A stretch of DNA of 64,000 nt from Desulfobulbaceae bacterium (GTDB lineage Bacteria > Desulfobacterota > Desulfobulbia > Desulfobulbales > SURF-16): contig JAHLLM010000027.1 of NCBI GenBank assembly GCA_020444175.1, forward strand, positions 3,910 to 67,909. The letters are read 5' to 3'. The notes beneath the pieces are model-generated. The model was not told where the DNA came from. It did not search any database and worked only from the letters and a program-made list of their open reading frames with translations. Of the stretch, positions 30,371 to 39,086 are shown in pieces. The position numbers were made by a program, and so were the translations under genes. How positions within the stretch are numbered: position 1 is the stretch's first letter; each line of letters begins with the position of its first letter.

Positions 30371-31483
30371 GTGCATATGACACAGGATTCAAAACTAAAT
30401 AGATCCAAAAACCATGATCAGTCTGATACTGCTGACACAGGCCCGTCCCTCGGTAATTTCCTGCAACGCGAACGCCTAAAAAAGCAATTTACACTGGAAG
30501 AGGTTGCCGAAAAAACCTGTATCCATATTACTACCTTAAAAGCCATTGAAAATAACGACCGTGCCAAAATGCCGGCAGAGGTTTTTGCCCGCGGCTTTAT
30601 AAAACTTTATGCAGATTTCCTTGGACTCGACAAACAGGATGTCCTTGAACGTTATGACAGAGAAAGAGGAAATATCGATGAAGACGGAACTCACTCAAAT
30701 GATCTTTTATCGAGTGAGAAGATGGCTGAATCTACTTCATATCTGGGCAAATTTTTTCTTCTCTTCATCCTGCTTGCCCTCATTGGCCTTGGTTATTATT
30801 TTTACCAATCCTCCCAGGAGCCTGCAAATACCACTTCGTTTTCCTTTGGACCAGAGACAGACATAAAGACCGAGGAGCTCAACGAAGAAATCGATGTTTC
30901 TGAGTTAACAACAAATCCTGTTCCACATGAGGTTGAAATAGAATCAACGCCTATGGTTGAGGAACAAAATTTTACTGAAGAAGCAATGCTTGAAGATGCA
31001 GATCCCCCATTAGTTGAAGAGGGACTTCCGGCTGTTCAAGAAGAAGATCCCGCCTCCACTCTTATTGAAGAACCGCAAATCCCATCTACAATATCAAATC
31101 AGGCTGCTGATGAAAAAATAAAGACTGAAGCTGAAGAAGAAATTCGCGATTTAAGAAATGTAACTGACAATCCAGTAGAAAACGTTTCTCTTGCTCCGGC
31201 AATGACCCAGGATCAGGAAGCACAAAAAAAAATACATCTTCGTATTCTTTTTACAGAAAGGACCTGGATTCAAATTTCAGTTGATAACAATCCCCCAAAA
31301 GATTTTCTCTTCGACCCGGAGGAGGAAAGGAGCTGGCAAGCGTCTGAAAAGCTCAAACTATTCCTTGGCAATTCAGGTGGTGCACGTCTGTTTGTTGATG
31401 ATGAGGAAATACCGATTACTGGTGTTTCAGGTTCTCCACTTCGCATCACAATCCCGGACGACCTGGCAAAATATGGAATGTAA
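30371..31483 (+). CDS. rodZ: RodZ-like cytoskeleton protein (HTH + TM + DUF4115)
   Basis: N-terminal XRE-type HTH (LGNFLQRERLKKQFTLEEVAEKT), a single TM, an acidic linker, and a C-terminal DUF4115-like end (GGARLFVDDEEIPITG). GTG at 30371; ATG at 30377 is an alternative start. Confidence 0.8.
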   Translation: MHMTQDSKLNRSKNHDQSDTADTGPSLGNFLQRERLKKQFTLEEVAEKTCIHITTLKAIENNDRAKMPAEVFARGFIKLYADFLGLDKQDVLERYDRERGNIDEDGTHSNDLLSSEKMAESTSYLGKFFLLFILLALIGLGYYFYQSSQEPANTTSFSFGPETDIKTEELNEEIDVSELTTNPVPHEVEIESTPMVEEQNFTEEAMLEDADPPLVEEGLPAVQEEDPASTLIEEPQIPSTISNQAADEKIKTEAEEEIRDLRNVTDNPVENVSLAPAMTQDQEAQKKIHLRILFTERTWIQISVDNNPPKDFLFDPEEERSWQASEKLKLFLGNSGGARLFVDDEEIPITGVSGSPLRITIPDDLAKYGM

Positions 31484-31515
31484 GTAGGAGGAGTTAAGGA
31501 AATTAGAGAAGTAAA

Positions 31516-32268
31516 ATGTCCTCACTGCAGACAAAAGCCATTGTTCTGAAAGTAATCGACTATGGTGAATCTGACAAAATCATCACTTTTTACACAGAAA
31601 GTCATGGGAAACTGAAAGCAATTGCCAAAGGAGCCAAACGCAGTAAAAAGCGTTTCATGAATAAACTGGAATTCTTTTCACTTCTTGATATCACTGTTGC
31701 TGTTGGTCGCCGCTCCTCATTGCATCGCATCGATCAGGCTACCCTGCTTGATCCCTTCCTGCCTTTACGAGAATACTATCAGCGTTATACCGGGGCTATG
31801 GTCGTTTGTGAGCTCATAGATCAGTGGACCCGCGAAAATGATAGTGATGAGAAATTATTCCAACTTCTTTGCAAGGTCCTTGCCTCTCTTTCTCTCTCAA
31901 AAGATATCGCAGACACTGTCATTTTCTTTACCATCAAGATGCTCGACCTTCTCGGCCTGTCCCTTCAGCTCGAATACTGCACGACCTGCGGTGAAATAAA
32001 TACCCATCTCCGGTCATACCGTTTCAATCCGGTCCACAGCGGTATTGTCTGCAGCCGATGCACCCAAGAGAATGAGAGGGAGCCCCTGGCGCTATCAATG
32101 CCCACACTTAAGATCTTACAAATGGCTCAGTCACTCCCCTGGAGTAAACTTGGACGATTAAAAATATCACGTCAATCACGCCAGGAAACCGCGAGAGCAC
32201 TCCGTCTTTATTGCCGGTTTCATTTGCAAAGAGATATTCATTCCTGGCAACATTTTGATTTTGGGTAA
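31516..32268 (+). CDS. recO: DNA repair protein RecO
   Basis: N-terminal OB region (KAIVLKVIDYGESDKIITFYT) and Cys4 zinc motif CTTCG...CSRC. Confidence 0.9.
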   Translation: MSSLQTKAIVLKVIDYGESDKIITFYTESHGKLKAIAKGAKRSKKRFMNKLEFFSLLDITVAVGRRSSLHRIDQATLLDPFLPLREYYQRYTGAMVVCELIDQWTRENDSDEKLFQLLCKVLASLSLSKDIADTVIFFTIKMLDLLGLSLQLEYCTTCGEINTHLRSYRFNPVHSGIVCSRCTQENEREPLALSMPTLKILQMAQSLPWSKLGRLKISRQSRQETARALRLYCRFHLQRDIHSWQHFDFG

Positions 32269-32291
32269 GTCAGACGAGCAACAAATACACC

Positions 32292-32391
32292 TTTACTGAA
32301 AGTGAGTACCCCTCGTTCCCACGGTCCACCGTGGGAATGCATATCAAAATTAACATACAGCTATAACCTTGGCGGAAAATGAGTGGTAATC
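32292..32391. mobile_element. MITE-like element, family D copy 2 (inverted relative to copy 1, degenerate far end)
   Basis: Right end GGCGGAAAATGAGTGGTAATC matches the reverse complement of the copy 1 left end (GGCTGAAGATGAGTGGTAATC). Internal hairpin TTCCCACGG-TCCA-CCGTGGGAA is analogous to the one in copy 1. Confidence 0.5.
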
Positions 32392-32392
32392 A

Positions 32393-32440
32393 CAAAAAAA
32401 ATGCGTTTCCATTCACAAGGATCGGAAACGCATTTTTTTG
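32393..32440. terminator. bidirectional rho-independent terminator between recO and the SSF transporter
   Basis: A-run, 10-bp stem ATGCGTTTCC / GGAAACGCAT, then a T-run. Confidence 0.75.
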
Positions 32441-32486
32441 GTATTTACTTCTTGAATGACTCGCCATTCAAGAGGTGTCTACAGCA

Positions 32487-34235
32487 TTAGTTGGGAACGC
32501 GAATATCTTCAACCATCTGCTGGATGTGCTCGGGAGGCTCTTCAGTAATATTGGAAATAATCAAGGCAACAATAAAGTTCAGAGCTGCGCCAACAGCACC
32601 AAAGGAACCTGGAGAAATACCTAACAGCCAGTTTTCCGGATTGTCCGGCAGCATGGCTGTTGATTTGATGAAAAACCATCCTTTAAACCAGAAGATGTAA
32701 ATCAGGGTTGAGCCAAGACCGGCAAGCATACCGCAAACAGCACCGGTACGGTTAACACGCTTGGAAAAAATACCCATCATCAGAGCCGGAAACAGAGAAG
32801 ATGCGGCAAGTCCGAAAGCCAAGGCAACAACCTGTGCCGCAAATCCAGGAGGATTCAGGCCAAGATAACCGGCAACCAGAATAGCTCCGGCCATGGCAAA
32901 ACGACTTGCAGCCAGTTCTGCCTTGTCCGACATATCCGGCATAAAAACGGATTTCAGGAGATCGTGGGAAATAGAAGAGGCAATAGCAAGCAGAAGTCCA
33001 GCTGCAGTGGAAAGGGCAGCAGCAATACCACCGGCTGCGACAAGTGCTATTACCCAGTTCGGCAGTTTAGCGATTTCAGGGTTAGCAAGAACCATGATAT
33101 CACGGTCAACTTTTACCATCTCATTGCCTTTCCAGCCAAAGGACTCAGCTTTGGCGTCAAAACCATTGCCGGCACCATAGTACTGGATTTTACCGTCACC
33201 ATTTTTGTCTTCAAATTTGAGAAGTCCTGTTTTCTCCCAGTTGTCGAACCAGCTCGGCCGATCCTCATATTTAAGGTTGCCGTCAGGAGCACCAATCTCT
33301 CCGGTCTGAATCGTTTTCATCAGGTTAAGACGTGCCATGGCACCAACGGCAGGTGCGGTTGTGTAAAGAAGGGCAATAAAAACAAGTGCCCAACCAGCTG
33401 AAAAGCGAGCGTCTTTTACCCTTGGGACAGTAAAGAAACGGGTAATAACATGGGGCAGACCTGCCGTCCCTATCATGAGAGACAGGGTCAGCAGAACCAT
33501 GTTAATGGTTGATCCCTTCTGGAGCGTGTAGGCGCCGAAACCAAGCTCAAGACAAATCTGGTCCAGTTTATCAAGCAGATAGGTTCCATCAGACATTGTT
33601 CCACCAAGGCCAAGCTGGGGAATGGGATTTCCGGTTAACTGCAGTGAAATAAAAATTGCTGGAACGGTGTAGGCAAAAATCAAAACAACGTATTGGGCAA
33701 TCTGGGTGTAGGTAACGCCCTTCATGCCGCCGAGTACGGCATACACGAATACGATTGCCATACCGGCAAGCAACCCATACTCAAAAGGCACTTCAAGAAA
33801 ACGGGAAAATGCCACGCCAATACCTTTCATCTGACCGATAACATAGGTAAGCGATGCGGTAATAAGGCATAAAACTGCCACAAGACGTGCTGTATTTGAA
33901 TAGTACCGATCACCAATAAAAGCAGGTACAGTAAATTTTCCATGCTTACGCAGATATGGTGCGAGCAACATGGCAAGCAGACAGTAACCACCGGTCCAGC
34001 CCATAAGGTAAACAGAGGCGTCATACCCTTTAAATGCAATAAGACCGGCCATGGAGATAAAAGATGCGGCACTCATCCAGTCTGCACCGGTTGCCATACC
34101 GTTCAAGACAGGATGGACACCTTTACCGGCAACATAAAACTCACCGGTACTGCTGGCACGCGACTTAATGGCGATGCCTATGTAGAGAGCAAAAGTTGCC
34201 CCCACAACAAGATATGTCATTAATTGAAGATCCAT
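32487..34235 (-). CDS. sodium:solute symporter family, cation/acetate symporter (ActP-like) large subunit
   Basis: Multi-TM, 582 aa. ActP-type conserved blocks (GMATGADWMSAASFISMAG, GGMKGVTYTQIAQY). Preceded by a DUF4212 small subunit. Confidence 0.85.
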   Translation of the reverse strand: MDLQLMTYLVVGATFALYIGIAIKSRASSTGEFYVAGKGVHPVLNGMATGADWMSAASFISMAGLIAFKGYDASVYLMGWTGGYCLLAMLLAPYLRKHGKFTVPAFIGDRYYSNTARLVAVLCLITASLTYVIGQMKGIGVAFSRFLEVPFEYGLLAGMAIVFVYAVLGGMKGVTYTQIAQYVVLIFAYTVPAIFISLQLTGNPIPQLGLGGTMSDGTYLLDKLDQICLELGFGAYTLQKGSTINMVLLTLSLMIGTAGLPHVITRFFTVPRVKDARFSAGWALVFIALLYTTAPAVGAMARLNLMKTIQTGEIGAPDGNLKYEDRPSWFDNWEKTGLLKFEDKNGDGKIQYYGAGNGFDAKAESFGWKGNEMVKVDRDIMVLANPEIAKLPNWVIALVAAGGIAAALSTAAGLLLAIASSISHDLLKSVFMPDMSDKAELAASRFAMAGAILVAGYLGLNPPGFAAQVVALAFGLAASSLFPALMMGIFSKRVNRTGAVCGMLAGLGSTLIYIFWFKGWFFIKSTAMLPDNPENWLLGISPGSFGAVGAALNFIVALIISNITEEPPEHIQQMVEDIRVPN

Positions 34236-34247
34236 TATTTACACCTC

Positions 34248-34508
34248 TTATTTTTCATCTACATTAAATTTACGGTCGAGCTTATTCATGCGAATAGCAT
34301 AGAAAAAGATCAGGCCAACAAAGGTGTAAATTGAACCTTGCTGAGCAAACCAAAAACCTAGCTTGTAGCCGCCAAGTCTTATACCATTCAGTGCGTCGGC
34401 AAACAAAATGCCGCACCCGTAAGAGACAAACAACCAGACAACAAGACAACCAATAACAAGACGGATGTTTGCCTTCCAGTACTCTGCTGCTGAGGTATTA
34501 TCCCCCAT
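34248..34508 (-). CDS. DUF4212 small membrane subunit of the solute:sodium symporter
   Basis: 86 aa, two TM segments, GFWFAQQGSIY motif. Located 12 bp upstream of the SSF gene. Confidence 0.8.
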   Translation of the reverse strand: MGDNTSAAEYWKANIRLVIGCLVVWLFVSYGCGILFADALNGIRLGGYKLGFWFAQQGSIYTFVGLIFFYAIRMNKLDRKFNVDEK

Positions 34509-34786
34509 TTTTCCACCCTCCTACAAAAGAGTTGATGTTAACTCCCATAGCTCTGAAAAAAATTCATGCTTCTGGGATTACAAAGTTGTTAATTGCCGGA
34601 CATAATGTTTCCGGCCATGACCTAAACTACTTCAACCTCCCCCACGATGCGGGGGATTAGATACTCGCTAACAGGTTGACGGTTTCCCCAAAAAACGTTC
34701 ACCCACCTCCGACACGTGATACAGTGTCTCTATCCTGGACGGAGATCATGTTTGTTCTTTTAACGAGTATATCTATTTCAGGCAGG

Positions 34787-36553
34787 TTACCGTGCTCCAG
34801 CACCTCGAGGATAGCGGATGATTTCCACCATTTCCTGAACCTCTGGAGGCGGAGGAGCGGTGAGCCTGGAAACACTCACAGTTACAAAAAGATTTATGAG
34901 CATTCCGACAGTACCAATCCCTTCAGCTGATATGCCGAGAAGCCAGGCTGTACCACCAAAAAATTTGATGTTGACAATGTAAAAGATTGTAAACAGGATA
35001 CCCGCAGTCATTCCGCAAATAGCTCCTTCCCTGTTTGTTCGTTTTGAAAAAATACCAAGAACAAGCACAGGGAAAAAAGATGACGCAGCAAGTCCAAATG
35101 CAAAAGCCACGACCTGGGCTACAAAACCGGGCGGGTTAATACCAAAGTATCCGGCAATGCAAACAGCGACGCCGATCATTATTCTGCCAAGCAACAGTCT
35201 CTGCTTTTCTGAGGCATTCCGGTTGATAAGTCGGTAATACAGGTCATGGGATATTGACGAAGAAATCACAAGCAGAAGGCCTGAGGCCGTCGACAGGGCG
35301 GCAGCAAGTCCTCCGGCGGCAACGAGAGCGATCACCCAGTTTGGCAGTTGGGCAATTTCAGGATTGGCAAGCACCATGATATCACGATCAATGTAAAGCT
35401 CATTTTCTGTATCAGAAAGGGTATTGGCGACAATGAGCTGCCCATACGAACCTGTTTCGCCGGTAAACTCGGGTTTTCCTGAAAACGCATTACCGGGACG
35501 GTAATTGATAAATCCATTATGGTTTTTGTCAACCCAGGCAATGAGGCCGGTTTTTTCCCAGTTTTTAAACCAGGAAGGGGCCTGGTTGTATGGAACATTA
35601 CTGATTGTATTAATCATGTTGTAGCGCGAAAATGAAGCGATTGCCGGTGCTGTAGTGTAGAGAAAGGCAATAAACAGCAGAGCATATCCGGCAGAAAGAC
35701 GTGCACCGCGAACATTCGGAACCGTGTAGAAACGTACGATAACATGGGGAAGACCTGCAGTGCCGACCATAAGAGCCATTGTAATACAGAACACATCAAG
35801 CATTGATTTCCCACCCTCGGGATAGGCTTTTGTGTACTCTGCAAATCCGAGATCAATGTTCAGCTGATTTAAAATATCCAGAAGATATTTTCCGCTGTCC
35901 GCTCCTTCGGCAATCGCACCGCCGAATCCGAGCTGAGGAACTGGTGTACCGGTAATTTTCAAAGAAATAGCAACAGCAGGAACAAGGTATGCGATTATGA
36001 GGACAGTATACTGAGCAACCTGCGTGTAGGTAATACCCTTCATCCCACCCAGAGCAGCGTAGAGGAAAACAAGTGCCATGCCGATCAGAACACCGGTGTT
36101 GACGTCAACTTCAAGAAAACGGGAAAAAACAATGCCGACCCCCCGCATTTGTCCTGCAACATAGGTAAACGAAACAAAAATGGCGCAAACCAGGGCTATA
36201 AACCTGGCTGTATTGGAATAATAGCGGTCGCCGACAAAATCCGGCACCGTAAATTTACCGAATTTACGCAGATAAGGGGCCAGCAGCAGAGCCAGAAGCA
36301 CATAGCCTCCTGTCCAGCCGAGAAGATAAATTGAACCAGTATATCCCATGAAAGAAATAAGACCGGCCATGGAAATAAATGATGCGGCACTCATCCAGTC
36401 TGCTGCAGTAGCCATGCCATTGGCCAAAGGACCAACTCCGCCCCCCGCAACATAGAATCCCTTGGTTGTTTTAACCATGGAGATCCAGGCAATGCTGATA
36501 TACAGGGTAAATGTCACCCCGACCATTATGTAGGTCCAGTCCAGAATAGACAT
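34787..36553 (-). CDS. sodium:solute symporter family, ActP-like large subunit (paralog 2)
   Basis: Collinear with 32487..34235 (GMATAADWMSAASFISMAG, GGMKGITYTQVAQY). 588 aa. Confidence 0.85.
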   Translation of the reverse strand: MSILDWTYIMVGVTFTLYISIAWISMVKTTKGFYVAGGGVGPLANGMATAADWMSAASFISMAGLISFMGYTGSIYLLGWTGGYVLLALLLAPYLRKFGKFTVPDFVGDRYYSNTARFIALVCAIFVSFTYVAGQMRGVGIVFSRFLEVDVNTGVLIGMALVFLYAALGGMKGITYTQVAQYTVLIIAYLVPAVAISLKITGTPVPQLGFGGAIAEGADSGKYLLDILNQLNIDLGFAEYTKAYPEGGKSMLDVFCITMALMVGTAGLPHVIVRFYTVPNVRGARLSAGYALLFIAFLYTTAPAIASFSRYNMINTISNVPYNQAPSWFKNWEKTGLIAWVDKNHNGFINYRPGNAFSGKPEFTGETGSYGQLIVANTLSDTENELYIDRDIMVLANPEIAQLPNWVIALVAAGGLAAALSTASGLLLVISSSISHDLYYRLINRNASEKQRLLLGRIMIGVAVCIAGYFGINPPGFVAQVVAFAFGLAASSFFPVLVLGIFSKRTNREGAICGMTAGILFTIFYIVNIKFFGGTAWLLGISAEGIGTVGMLINLFVTVSVSRLTAPPPPEVQEMVEIIRYPRGAGAR

Positions 36554-36580
36554 TATTTCTATTATCGTATTTCGTGCCTG

Positions 36581-36835
36581 TTAATCATTTACGTCATATT
36601 CCTTGTCAAGCCTTTCCATCAGGAAGAAATAGATGAAAATCAACACGACAAAGACATAAATTGCTCCCTGCTGAGCAAACCAGAAACCAAGAGGGAAGCC
36701 GCCAATTTTTATACGGTTCAACTGTTCAACAAAAAGAATGCTGCACCCATAGGATACGATTGCCCAGACAATGAGCAACCAGATCATGATTGTCAGGTTC
36801 TTTTTCCAATACTGCGAAAGATCTTTTTTTGACAT
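36581..36835 (-). CDS. DUF4212 small membrane subunit (paralog 2)
   Basis: GFWFAQQGAIY motif. MSKKDLSQYWKKN aligns with the start of the paralog, so the ORF track start at 36859 is probably too early. Confidence 0.78.
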   Translation of the reverse strand: MSKKDLSQYWKKNLTIMIWLLIVWAIVSYGCSILFVEQLNRIKIGGFPLGFWFAQQGAIYVFVVLIFIYFFLMERLDKEYDVND

Positions 36836-37177
36836 TTTCTTCACCAGATAGATGGCCAATCTTTTTCAGTCATGGACAAGATAATCATGCATGTTTACAG
36901 GCCCGGAAGGGAAAAAAAGCGTGTTTACATTATGGAAATATTTTGTTCACCTATCGGTATGCTGTAGGAACATCATGAATGTTCAGTTGTATCTAGGGGT
37001 TGTTACGCTAAAGCGCAATAGGTATAGATACCTAGGTATAGTTTCCCAGACAAAAGGTGAAATACAAATAATTTTGTGAGTATTACTACTTAGGTGGTTT
37101 TTCGGAGGTATTTCTACAGGAAAAAATTTTTTATTTTTTTTAAGAAGAAGTTATTTTTTTCAAAGAAAAAAAGATAA

Positions 37178-37939
37178 CTACACGGTTCTGTTCCAACTCT
37201 GTCCTGCTTTAAAAAAGTCCTTCAAGGTAACCAGACCGTTTTTTTGCAATGTTTTCACAAGAAAAAGAAAAAGATAGGCGGTCTGCAGGGCGTCCTGTAA
37301 TGCATCATGGGCCGGAAACAATGGCAGGTCATATTCCTTGCACAGATCGGTCAGATTATAAGATACCTGGAGATTAAGTTGATCGTGATACCTGCCCCAT
37401 ACTTTTTCTCTATAGATTTGTGCTAACCGCAGGGTGTCAAGGCAGGGAGTTTTGATTGTTGATCCAAAATGGATTTTGGCTGCATTATTGATAAATCGTG
37501 TATCCAGATCGATGTAGTGTCCCACAAGAAACGAAGAACCGCAAAAATCAAGCAACCCAGGCAGAACATCCTGTATAGGCGGTGCAGTGTATAGCTCCTG
37601 GGGAGTGATTTGATGAATTAAAGTTGCGTCAGTGACATTTATTTTTCCTGGCCTAACCAGGGTGTAAAAAGTATGTCCTGCCATAATCTGTAAATTTTTA
37701 ACCAGTACAGCACCAACTGAAACGATCTCATCTTTTTGTTTGTTCATTCCAGTAAGTTCTGTATCAAGGACCACATAATCATATTCTTCGATGGGCATGT
37801 TCTGATCAATGGATTTAAAATAGGTGTGGTTTCGGACAAAAGCAGGATGAGTCGGTGGCTTATTTTTAAAAAACCGTAACAGATTAAGCACCTGTGCACC
37901 CCATGAAGATTTCGGTCTGCCCTTCTGCCTTATGTCCAC
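37178..37939 (-). CDS. DEDDh 3'-5' exonuclease (DnaQ / Pol III epsilon-like)
   Basis: ExoI VVLDTELTG, ExoII VGHYIDLDTRF, ExoIII HDALQDAL. Starts 17 bp after the oleD stop. Confidence 0.8.
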   Translation of the reverse strand: MDIRQKGRPKSSWGAQVLNLLRFFKNKPPTHPAFVRNHTYFKSIDQNMPIEEYDYVVLDTELTGMNKQKDEIVSVGAVLVKNLQIMAGHTFYTLVRPGKINVTDATLIHQITPQELYTAPPIQDVLPGLLDFCGSSFLVGHYIDLDTRFINNAAKIHFGSTIKTPCLDTLRLAQIYREKVWGRYHDQLNLQVSYNLTDLCKEYDLPLFPAHDALQDALQTAYLFLFLVKTLQKNGLVTLKDFFKAGQSWNRTV

Positions 37940-37956
37940 TTTTCATGCCCAAAGAC

Positions 37957-38970
37957 TCACACAAATCCATTCTCCTTCAACCAGAGAACCATCCTCTCCA
38001 TACCTTCTGCTGTTGAAACCTGAGGCACGTAACCAAAATCCACCCTGGCTTTGTCTATTGAAAACCAGTGGGATTTTGCCAGCTGTTCTGCCAGGAATCT
38101 CGTCATGGGTGGTTCATTCTGATTCCTGGTAAGCAAATAAAATTTTTCAATAAGTGCACCAAGTACATACGCCTTTTGAAATCCAACCCGTTTCGAAACA
38201 AGAGGAAGCCTGAGTCGGGAAAAAAGATCATTAATCCAGTTCCAGAGATTAACCGGTTCACCCTGGGAAATAAAATAGGCCTGCCCTGCAGCACTTGCGG
38301 TTTTTTCCAAATTTTCCGCAGCAAGCAGATGAGCCATGGCTACATTATCAATATATGAAATATCGACAATGTTTTCAGCTGTGCCGACGATTTTTAATTG
38401 TCTTTTTTTGCCACGCTCAACCAATCGGGGAATAAGGTTGGTGTCTCCTGGTCCCCAGACAAGATGGGGCCTCAAGGCCGTTGTAAGGAGACCTTCTGAA
38501 TTTGCCGAGAGGATCTTTTTTTCTGCTATAACCTTGGTTTTAGCATAATGACAGAGAAAATTCTCTGCATAGGGAACAGATTCATCCACTCCTTCAAGAT
38601 CATGATTCCTGAAAACAACACTCGGAGTGCTTGTGTACACCAGATTCCGGATCCCATTGTCCCGGCATGCCTGAAGAACATTTTCCGATCCTTGAACATT
38701 GATTGAATAGTAATCCTTGAAACTGCCCCAGATACCTGCCTTGGCTGCCACATGGAAAACAGCATCATGCTCCCGGAATGCTGACGACAAAAAATCAGCG
38801 TTCCGTATATCCCCGCAGATAACCGTTGCACCCATCCTGATCACATCAGGATAGGTATTGCGCCCAATTACCGTTGTCTCAATTCCACGGGCAAGCAGGA
38901 GTTTCACTATGGCCTTACCGACAAAACCTCCCCCCCCTGTGACGACTACTTTTTTCATTCTGCCAACCAA
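37957..38970 (-). CDS. oleD: OleD-like NAD(P)H-dependent 2-alkyl-3-ketoalkanoate reductase (3-beta-HSD / extended SDR family)
   Basis: VTGGGGFVGKAI Rossmann motif and YAKTK catalytic YxxxK. Last gene of the oleBCD-type run. Confidence 0.72.
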   Translation of the reverse strand: MVGRMKKVVVTGGGGFVGKAIVKLLLARGIETTVIGRNTYPDVIRMGATVICGDIRNADFLSSAFREHDAVFHVAAKAGIWGSFKDYYSINVQGSENVLQACRDNGIRNLVYTSTPSVVFRNHDLEGVDESVPYAENFLCHYAKTKVIAEKKILSANSEGLLTTALRPHLVWGPGDTNLIPRLVERGKKRQLKIVGTAENIVDISYIDNVAMAHLLAAENLEKTASAAGQAYFISQGEPVNLWNWINDLFSRLRLPLVSKRVGFQKAYVLGALIEKFYLLTRNQNEPPMTRFLAEQLAKSHWFSIDKARVDFGYVPQVSTAEGMERMVLWLKENGFV

Positions 38971-39086
38971 CCTAACGTCAAAGTCACCCTAAAAATGTTA
39001 TTTACCACAAAATTCACGAAAAACATGAAGGAGTAATTCGTCTTTTCTTTTTATGTTTCGTGTTGAGAGGAAAAATCACATCCAAA

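Noticed and set aside
34509-34786. Possible sigma54 promoter (TGGCCGGAAAC...) or riboswitch in the spacer between the two transporter pairs.
   Set aside because: The spacing and -12 element do not match TGGCAC-N5-TTGC, and no known riboswitch core was recognised. The hairpins may simply be terminators.
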